Positions 53,891 to 64,000 of a stretch of DNA of 64,000 nt are shown here, piece by piece; positions within the stretch are counted from its first letter, which is position 1, and each line of letters starts with the position of its first letter. The stretch is from Octopus vulgaris (taxonomy: Eukaryota). The DNA lies in assembly GCA_951406725.2 (NCBI GenBank), contig OX597815.1:22692001-22756000 (forward strand), read 5' to 3'. The position numbers and the translations under genes were made by a program. Below the pieces are notes generated by a model. It was given only the letters and a program-made list of their open reading frames with translations, did not search any database and was not told the origin of the DNA.

Positions 53891-55451
53891 CTTCTTCTAG
53901 TAATACCTAACACTTCTCATACCTGTAGAAGTAGTAAAACTCTTGCCAGTTTACATCAGTGTTTCTCGGAAGTGAGCCATCTCTTGAATAGGGCTGTGGG
54001 ATTAGAAAAGGTGGTCAGACAAATTATCAGGTTAAATAAGATGGTTCTAAACTTTTTAAACTCCATAACGAAGAAATAAGGACTATATGGATACACACCC
54101 TATTTTGTCGTATTCAACAAGCAAAAATATTCACTACCATTTTGGAGTGGGGCTGGTATTTGTGAGTTTGAGAACTACTAACCTACACTGACTTGAGGAA
54201 ATAATTCTAGTTTGCTCAAAGCTAAGTATCTTTGCTAAAAGTACAAACGAAGTAACGGTGAGAGAATATACGCCGTTAACTCTTAAGCAGGATTTCCAAT
54301 ATTTTATCGAGTCAGCCATTTATCCTAATTTGTATTGTTGTAAATAGCTCTTACAAAATAAAAAGTACAAATGTTAGAAAATGATAAGGCTAACTGTTCG
54401 TCCTCACACTCATGCATGCACGGAGCAATAAATTAAACGGCTTAATATATTGATTTTTTTCCCCCGTTTTTCTGTAGTACTGTCATAATATACACTTACA
54501 TTACCACAAGAAAGTGGAACAGAATCGTGGTTTAGGATAGTCAGGGGTTTAGCTCCTACTCTGCAACGACCTTCATGCTAACTGTAATATTGCTGTATTT
54601 AACATCATCCTACAATATGCATATTTTGCTTCCTTCACACACTTTTGTTTCTTTTGCCTTTCCTATATTTACCAATTCTTTATTTTGAAAACCAAAATGC
54701 ATTTTCATACCTTATTGAATTTTTCGTAGTAGATATAAAAATACATACAGAAAACATTATCTTACACTCTAGTAACTTACTTCAATCAGGCCAATCGATA
54801 ACCGAATGCCCGAGCATAACAGGAATTTTAGAAGGCTATGAGTACTTCTTTTCTTCACAGATCTAACAAATTAAAACAATACGTTTTTGCTATATATGCG
54901 TCTACATCATTTATGTATTTGCTCAGTCATATAAATGTGTGATAGTGCATGTGAATACAATATTTTTGCATGCCTGTGTAAATGTATTTGTGGGTTAATA
55001 CCTGATTATACCTAAATAAAACAGGTCCCTTTATGATTTTTTACACTGGGAAATTATTCTGTTTTTGCGAGAAAACCAGCCAAATATATTTTTATTCTAC
55101 ATTTTCATTTGACATAGTATGGGAAAAACTTGAAGTCAAATTTCTCTTACTTAATGATCGAGCATAAAGGGCAAATTTAGTGCGGACTTAGCTAGCGATA
55201 CTTCGCAAAGTGCTTACTACTCTAAATCGGTAATAGTTAGTAACTTAAATGATCTTTATCTGTGAAATTGATCTTACTGTGTCATTGACTTAATTGTATA
55301 CCATACTCCCAAATGAAGAGGTTGTTTTAATATCCTAATTAAAATTTAATATTAAAAGTGCTTCATTGAAATATTTGAATAAGTTCTTGATTTTTAAGAT
55401 ACCATCTAAATATTGCACTGAACTGGAATGTTATCATATGCAAGAACATAC

Positions 55452-55522
<71 letters not shown>

Positions 55523-55576
55523 AACGCACACACGCACATGTCAGCGTACACGTACACATACACACACACACGCGCG

Positions 55577-55664
<88 letters not shown>

Positions 55665-58600
55665 TTTTTTAGTGGCTCCAATGTACATTTTGTTTAAAGT
55701 TGAGTTTTCGATAAATTAGTGCACATTTTGTCCATGACTTAAAGGTCAAGCATGATGATCCTTTAAGTAGATACTTATGCATACGATTCTCAAGCCTTAA
55801 GAGACTGTTTTGCTTGTCACTTCACAGTTGTTGTTGCTTTTATTTTTGTTATTTGATTTTATCCTTGAGTTAATTCAGCTGGCTCTAAGTACATAGCTTA
55901 CTTTTATACATAAGAAATTGGGTAAATTATTAACTTCGAGTTCACATCAGTTGATGGTATTTTGTGGTTGTTTAAGCTCTTCAGCGTTGATCGAGTAGAT
56001 TTATAAACAAAAGTTTTCATGTTGGGAAAATTACGACGTATCATTTTTTTCGAAGGCAGTATAGTGGGATTTGCAATTATAAAATGTGTCTTTCTTTTCT
56101 AAAGTAGTAGAGTGAGATTTGCGATTTCGCTGCTATTTCTAGAAGATTGTGAAACTTCATAGAGGATTGCTTATTGTCTGTTCGCTGCTATTTCGTTGTA
56201 TCTCTTATTTCATATTGCTTCAGTTCAATAAACAGTTACATATTGTTTCCAGATTTTATAAACTGCAGTCGTGTCACTCTCCCAGCTCTTGAACCTGGAT
56301 CTGATTTTGATTGTGGGCAGTGGTAACGGCTTGTTTGACAGTTAGTTCTATGTTAGCTTCATTAAGTAAAGGCATCGACAACGAAATGGACAGCTTTCTT
56401 AGTAGGGGAATTTCCACCAATCTGTTGATATAGAGGCAAAGTTAACGAACGTTTCAAATGAATGTTAAAATGATACAATTGTGCCATTATGTTTCTCAGC
56501 ATGAAACCTTATTTTCCATATTTATCAGGGGTTTCTTTTTTTATATAGAAATACGGTCTCCATGATCTTCGCAAGCAAATGTATTCGATGAATAACTGCA
56601 TGTCGACGACTGCAAGTAAACATGGTTAATTCAAAAGGACTAACTTCCTAGGAAGAAAGAATTGGATGAAAAGTTATTTTTTGCATGAGGTATCTAGGCT
56701 GCATATGAATGCTGATTGTGTAGTTAGGAAGAGTGGTATAATCTTCAAAGAAATATGTCGTTGATGTACAAAGGGAGGTGTGTGGAGGATATAACCTAAC
56801 CTCAAAGCATATCAGAGTTCATAGAAAGTGAATCAAGGAGACTTCTATCAGCATATCTAGTGCAATATGGCAAGAGACTTCCGATCCATGAAGCAGAAGA
56901 CAGATGGAGCCAATTTACTCGTAGTTTAGCTAGATTTTTATGCCAACAACGGTGTGTCTGCCCTCTTTGAGAATGGAAAACACTATAGCAAGTTTCCAAA
57001 ATAGCCAGACGTCCATATACATAGAAATTAATGTTCGGTAGGGTTGTTCTCAAACGATATGTCTACTTCTGGGACTCATCGTTTGAAGACAATGGAAGAG
57101 ATACAGTAAGAGGTGGCAACCTTGCCAGTTTGAAGTGACTGGAGCTGCTTTCACACTTAATGCGCATTTAGGTGGTAGTGAGCCTGGTAGAATTAAGAGA
57201 GTATTGGGGAAGATTTAGCTAATGTGGGCAGTGTAGATTTGGGTGCGAACTAGACGGCTGTCTCCGCGGGAGTTCTGCTGCCTGACCCAACATGAATGAA
57301 GAGTATTTGATAAGAGAATATCACAAAGCTTGTAGTTATCTCTTTTGGCAAGGCCCCTAAAAGAATCACTAGAGAGGTGTCAATTTTATCTTACTAAACA
57401 CATTGTGGAGAATGCACAAGATAACATTGCAGATAATATATATAGTAATCTCCATCCTCACATGATTGTATTTATCTTAATAATCCTATGTGTTGACTCG
57501 ACATTGGTAGAATCAGAACATAATTCTAATTAAACAGACTACTACTACGACGACGACGACTCCTACTACTGAACAGCTTAGATGTCGCAAGGGTTTAATA
57601 CTGAATTTTATAGTAACGGGATAGCTAGAAACAATATAATCCATCAGTAGTTGTCTAGTAATGGACAACATTGGGAAAAATTCAATAAACTTCTTCAAAC
57701 TGAATAAGTTTAGTAGTGAGAAAAGATATTTTCTACCATTTCGAGCAGAGTTAGTCAGGACAAAATAAGGAAGTTTTATGGTTGAATAGTATTTAAAAAA
57801 TTGTTTCCTATTTCAATTTTCTCACGGTAACTATTTAGTTTGTAGTGTCCCCTAAACTTCGACTAGTGGTTTTCATTTTTGAATTTTGACTCTGACAATA
57901 CTAAGGATATTCTATATCATAGATTTAAAATTCGTTGTTCAAACTTTTCTATTCCTTCCAAATTAACTTTACTGGTTTATTCAATATACAATGTAACATA
58001 TTTGCAACTTAAACTAAACTATAATTTAATGTATATACTAGTGCTATCGTGAAGAAAATTTATCTATATGGTTATACGTTAATCATTCTTATCTTCTCCC
58101 ACTAGTCTGGAAACGTCTGAAAAGGCTATTGTCAATTGCAACTTCTTTCTCAGACTACATTATAAAATAAAAAGCCGTATCTTAGAGTATGGATAGAACA
58201 TTTCAATCTTTTCCAGCTATAACTAGCACTACAAAACACCACTACGTTCTCTCAACTATAGAGAATTCTTTAACTTAAGGAACACACATGTTGCTTATTA
58301 TTTGCATTTTTGTGCACATATAATATATTTCTCCATTACTGATAACAAAAATTCTGTTCAAATTGTAGCATGTTAAGCGGGGAGTTAGAAAAGAAAGACA
58401 CGGTTTGTTGCCAAGATACTCACTTGAGATTTAATGCAATGAAAACTGGGTAACTTGGTGCAGTTTAAGTTTTGTTTACAATTTAGTTTAACCAGATTAT
58501 GGCAACTCAGAAATGGAGAAAACATCGAAATTTGGGGTAAATGAAATGATGAAATCTGAATTTTCAGAGTAATATATTATATACTTACATTATAAGAATT

Positions 58601-58952
58601 TAAAAGATTCCCCAGTTCAGTAGATGATTTTTAATGAAAATGTGATACATACATACATATATACATACATACATACATAGATACATACATACATACATAC
58701 ACACACACATATACATACTTACATACATACATACATACATGCATACAAACATACACACACACATACATGCACACATACATACATGCATACATACATACAT
58801 ACATACATACATACATACGTACATGCATGCATACATACACACACACATACATGCACACATACATACATACATGCATACATACATACATATATACATACAT
58901 ACATACATACATACATACATACATACATACATACATACATACATACATGTAT

Positions 58953-58983
<31 letters not shown>

Positions 58984-59056
58984 CACACACATACATACAT
59001 ACATACATACATACATACATACATACATACATACATACATACATACATACATACAT

Positions 59057-59613
59057 CCGCAAAAAAAACTGTCCTGAAATAAACATAGAAAATCCCTCTG
59101 TTTTGGAATACATTAATAAACACCAACTGAAGGAACACTGGCGGAATATTCCCATCAAAACTTCTGTCAAATGTAAACATAACGGGCAGGATATTATGTT
59201 TGAGACAGAAGGGCAAAGGTATGTACCATCTTAGGGGGTCAGCTGCCCTGCAGATATAAATATCTCTTTGAAAATCAAAGAAAAAGAGAATATCTCTGGA
59301 CGACCGCTTCGAAACCTCCAGCTTCTATATCCAGATTATGAATTCCTATTCATACCAATAATAATTGGAGCACTACGTTTTGTAAATAAATGCTTAAAGG
59401 AAAACCTGGATAAACTAGGATTTTCAGAAAAAGAAATCGACCGGCTAATTCGTACATTACAAGCGCAATCTGTGAGTGGAACAGTAAAAATATGCAAGAC
59501 TTTTCTCAAGTTACAAATGTGAATTTACATCCCAATGAGAGAGCCTTGTATCTTTGTTGGAAACCGGCTTCCTCCTCAATAGAAGGTTTACAATAATTAA
59601 AAAATAGAAGAGA
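59057..59613 (+). mobile_element. R4/Dong-like LINE 3' end (same family as 4451-6447), in (CATA)n
   Basis: High identity to 5880-6447, same 3' terminus aaaaatagaagaga followed by catacat, and CATA arrays on both sides. Confidence 0.9.
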
Positions 59614-59748
59614 CATACATACACACACAAACACACACACACATACATACATAAATACGTACATACATACATATATACATACGTACATACACACAAACAT
59701 GCATACACGCACGCACATACACACATACATACATACATATATATATAT

Positions 59749-59807
<59 letters not shown>

Positions 59808-60319
59808 CATATATAACTACTTGTATATAGTTACATACATATATACGTATCTGCCATAAAATGCACCGCATCCTACCTAAATTACGCAAAGCAATGTCAG
59901 CAATGCACTTCATATAAATACGATATAGTAACAAAAAGAAAACATATTTTAAAATATAAAGACGGAGATAATGTTAAAATGTTGTCACGAATACAAATTC
60001 TACTTGGAAAAAATGTAACAGTGAAATACCAGCTGATAAACCTACAGGTAGTAAACAACAAAATCAGCTGAAAATTTACAATTCGCCGTCTTGCACTGCT
60101 GAAAACTTATGATAATTCTACAGTTTTTGAGGTTATAGCATTTTGAGGAGTTAACTCTCTGGTGAAAAACTTGAAACCATGGGAAAATTATCGACTTTAA
60201 CAATAATCTGATCATATATTTATTATACTGTACATATTGGGTACTTTTCGTTTTGTTCCAGAGATAATACATAAATACGCACACGCACGCACACATACAT
60301 ACACACATATAGGTTTAAT

Positions 60320-60373
<54 letters not shown>

Positions 60374-61125
60374 ACTTGCGAGTATGTGTAACTTTTGTTT
60401 TAAGTTTTTTTAATTGTAGTCACATGAATAATTACATATTGAAACGCGAATTTTGCATGTAAAAAGAAAAGAAGTGGAAAATTGGAGTAAATTTATAAAT
60501 TGTTTCAGAATTGACGTAAACTGTTTTAAACTATTCACATGCATTGCATATAGTTACGTCTACAATCATGTGATTGTTATTTTATTGTCAATTGCCTTTT
60601 ATTTAAACAGAAAAGAAATTATATTGCTGCATATTTCTTTTCTATTTAAATAAGAGGCAATTGACAAGGAAATAACATTCAATAAAGTTCGCATAATTTT
60701 TTTAATTAATTTCATATACTCCGTCTAGGTATTTCTGGAAATTTTCTACATATCTAGGATGGAATCTGAATTTGTGTTTTATTTCTTATGGTGTTTTGTT
60801 GTTTAAGTTCAACATTCTCTCTAAATCTTCTTCAACCCGCTAAAATTCTCCACCCATTCACATATTTCCTGGAATACGTCGACTAGCAACTTTTTGAAGC
60901 TACATCACGTTCACTAGTTTCAGGGGGCCTACAAAATCCACGGATACTGTCATTTCTTTCGAACTAGAACCATAAATAACATTTTAAAATTCATTTAAGA
61001 GCATACCTTATCGATTTAAATACGTTGTATTATTAATGTTCATTTTACTGACTCCAGAGAATTGAAACAACTAGTCAACCTCATCGGAACTTAAACATAG
61101 TAATAAATAGAGCACAAATATTATA

Positions 61126-61520
61126 GGCGCAGGAGTGGCTGTGTGGTAAGTAGCTTGCTTACCAACAACATGGTTCCGGGTTCAGTCCCATTGCGTGGCA
61201 CCTTGGGCAAGTGTCTTCTACTATAGCCTCGGGCCGACCAAAGCCTTGTGAGTGGATTTGGTAGACGGAAACTGACGGAAACTGTATGTATGTATGTGTG
61301 TGTTTGTGTGTGTGTGTTTGTCCCCCTAGCATTGCTTGACAACCGATGCTGGTGTGTTTACGTCCCACGTCACTTAGCGGTTCGGCAAAAGAGACCGATA
61401 GAATAAGTACTAGGCTTACAAAGAATAAGTCTCGGAGTTGAGTTGCTCGAAAAAAGGTGGTGCTCCAGCATGGCCGCAGTCAAATGACTGAAACAAGTAA
61501 AAGAGTAAAAAGAGAGTAAA
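61126..61520 (+). mobile_element. tRNA-derived SINE family C (CORE-like), full length
   Basis: GGCGCAGGAGTGGCTGTGTGGTAAG...GGGTTCAGTCCC...GGCACCTTGGGCAAGT, internal microsatellite, tail gaaacaagtaaaagagtaaaa. Confidence 0.88.
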
Positions 61521-62364
61521 TATGTTTCCAGCACAAACCACGGTTTGGTTCTAGAGATGGAGTCATTTAATTTCACATCACCAATGCATTTAGAAAGAGC
61601 ATGAACGTCGTCACTAATTTTTATCCCTCTCTCATTATATTCCCAAATTTCTCGAGCAACTAAGTAATAAAAGTATTGTACAGATCGCGTAATGATTTGA
61701 TTCTGAAGAAAACATCTACCGAGTAATAGAGAATTTCTATAGAACATAAAATTGATTCAAATAAGTACAAATATAAATATCAATATATAAACTCAATAAT
61801 AAATATGAAGCTATCTAAAATAGTATAGTATACATTAGAAATTGTAAACTTGGTGGTTAATGTACAATGCTGATATGAGAAACAATACTTTAATATACAT
61901 AACTTTTAACTTTGATCTTTTATTTGTTTCAACCATTGAACTTGGCCTTGCTGAGGTATTGCCTTGAAAAGTTTAGTCAAACAAATCGACCCTAATACTT
62001 AGTTTTTGAGCCTGGTACATATTCGGTCTGTCTCGTTTGAGAGATGTAAACAAACCAACACTGGTTTTTAAGCAGTGGTGAGGGTCAAACATAATACAAA
62101 CGCAAAGACAAACCAATAGACATATGCATATTTATACAGACATCAGGGGAGAGCTAGATATGCTCAGTATAGAAAACACGTAGTAGTAACTAAAAAATGC
62201 CAATTCTTCATCCAAGGCGAGGCCCACAGTAACAAGAGTAGCTATAAGAGAAATCCAAAACGAGCTGATATGGATGTACTAATGCGGATAAAGACAATTA
62301 GGGTTGACATATCTCTGTACAAATACATTCACGCACACATACGTACATACATACATACATACAT

Positions 62365-62395
<31 letters not shown>

Positions 62396-62468
62396 TACAT
62401 ACATACATACATACATACATACATACATACATACATACATACATACATACATACATACATACATACAT

Positions 62469-63270
62469 GTTTCTGATAACATTTCAAAAGGAATATTCAA
62501 GGAAGATAGTCTTTTTGTACTTTGTTTGCACTGAATCCATTATCGTTCCTACTGCAGAAAACAAATGGTCACAGGCTAGGAGCTTCAACTCCTAGAAATG
62601 TCAATGTAACTCATAATTTATTTGTAGACGACCTGAAGGTTTAAGCTAAAAGTGTTAACAATGCAAAAAAAAAAACACAACTGGAATTAATAACAATATA
62701 TACAGCTGATATAGGCATGGAATTTGGCCAAAAGAAATGTTCATATTTGGTTATAGAACGAAAAAGTCAGTCCCCCGAACCCAAAACCTGTGCATCAACA
62801 GTCTCTCTATCTCCTCCATTCCACACAAAGAATGTTACAAGTACTTATGCATAGAAGAAAACGTATCATATGAAGGTACTGTGAATAAAGATAGAGTGAC
62901 CCGAGAATATTACATAAGAAAATATGGCAGTTGAAACTCTCCTCTTACATCAAAACAAAATCCCACAATATATTTGCAGTACCAGTGCTGATCCGAACTT
63001 TTGGGATACTTGATTGGTCTGAAGAGGAAATCCACTCCATAAATATCAAAACCCGCAAAATCCTGACGACAACTGACAACTTCCACAGAAACAGTGATGT
63101 TGATAGGCTCTACCTAAGAAGAAATGAAGGTGTTAGAGGCCTGAGATCAGTACAGACGGCCTTCGAATGCCGCATGGTATCACTCAAGCAATACCTCCTA
63201 AACAACAGTGGCAAAAATAAATATATAAATGCAGTGCTGAAAAGTGAAGTGAGTAACATTGTACGAGTTA
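62469..63270 (+). mobile_element. R4/Dong-like LINE RT fragment (same family as 4451-6447)
   Basis: High identity to 4670-5447 (FVDDLK, FHRNSDVDRLYLRRNEGVRGL). 5' junction is in (CATA)n. Confidence 0.9.
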
Positions 63271-63296
63271 TTGTACGAAATACAGGTACTACTAAT

Positions 63297-63428
63297 TTTT
63301 AGCCAGCTGAGTGGACTGGAGCAACGTGATATAAAGTGTCTTGCTCAAGGACACAACGCGCTACCGGGAATTGAACTCACGACCTTACGATCATGAGCCG
63401 AATGCCCCTAACCACTAAGCTACGCGCC
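63297..63428 (-). mobile_element. tRNA-derived SINE head, family D
   Basis: GGCGCGTAGCTTAGTGGTTAGG...GTGAGTTCAATTCCCGG...GTGTCCTTGAGCAAGACAC. Confidence 0.8.
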
Positions 63429-63429
63429 T

Positions 63430-63536
<107 letters not shown>

Positions 63537-63539
63537 AAT

Positions 63540-63593
<54 letters not shown>

Positions 63594-63596
63594 ATT

Positions 63597-63630
<34 letters not shown>

Positions 63631-64000
63631 TGTATATATATATATATGTATATATATGTAAATATTGTTGTTTATGTAATGATCTAATTATCGTAATTTT
63701 CTATATTATAAGATATTAAATTTAAGTTTATTCGTAAGATACTACTTAGCGATAGATTTGTTATTTGATAGCAAGCATACGAGGTGTATTAAGTTAGGCT
63801 TTTGTATATGCATGTTTTAATAGTATTAATTGTAATTTTAAATTTATAATTAAATTAGATAAACTTTGATAAATTTAGATATGTTTCGACTAAAGATTGG
63901 TCCAGGCCATGTCTAATTTAATAGCATAACTTAGTTATTTCTTTAAATTGATATTCGCTAGTTATCCCCATTGATAATTATATTTATAGTATTCATAGTA

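Noticed and set aside
56450-57500. Possible very old L1/Tx1-type RT remnant
   Set aside because: Only scattered short motif resemblances, not supportable without a translated search.

Overview
AT-rich, gene-poor animal DNA, most likely an Octopus (coleoid cephalopod) intron or intergenic region. The organism is inferred from the SINE families and the very high microsatellite density. No intact host protein-coding exon is supported, and nearly all long ORFs in the track are microsatellite translations. The window is a mosaic of (TA)n/(CA)n/(CATA)n/(GATA)n/(TAA)n/(GAAA)n/(TAGG)n arrays, tRNA-derived SINEs, decayed R4/Dong-type RLE LINEs sitting inside specific microsatellites, and CR1, mariner, Tc1, piggyBac and Helitron remnants. 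The most interesting signal is a set of about 10 sequence-unrelated short elements, mostly flanked by (TA)n and built as tandem and/or inverted (palindromic) repeats. Each carries a type I hammerhead-ribozyme-like fold (stem I, CTGANGA-like core, stem II, GAAA, short palindromic stem III). Two such motifs lie just downstream of Penelope GIY-YIG-like remnants, pointing to a diverse population of Penelope-derived, retrozyme-like non-autonomous elements, some with non-canonical cores.
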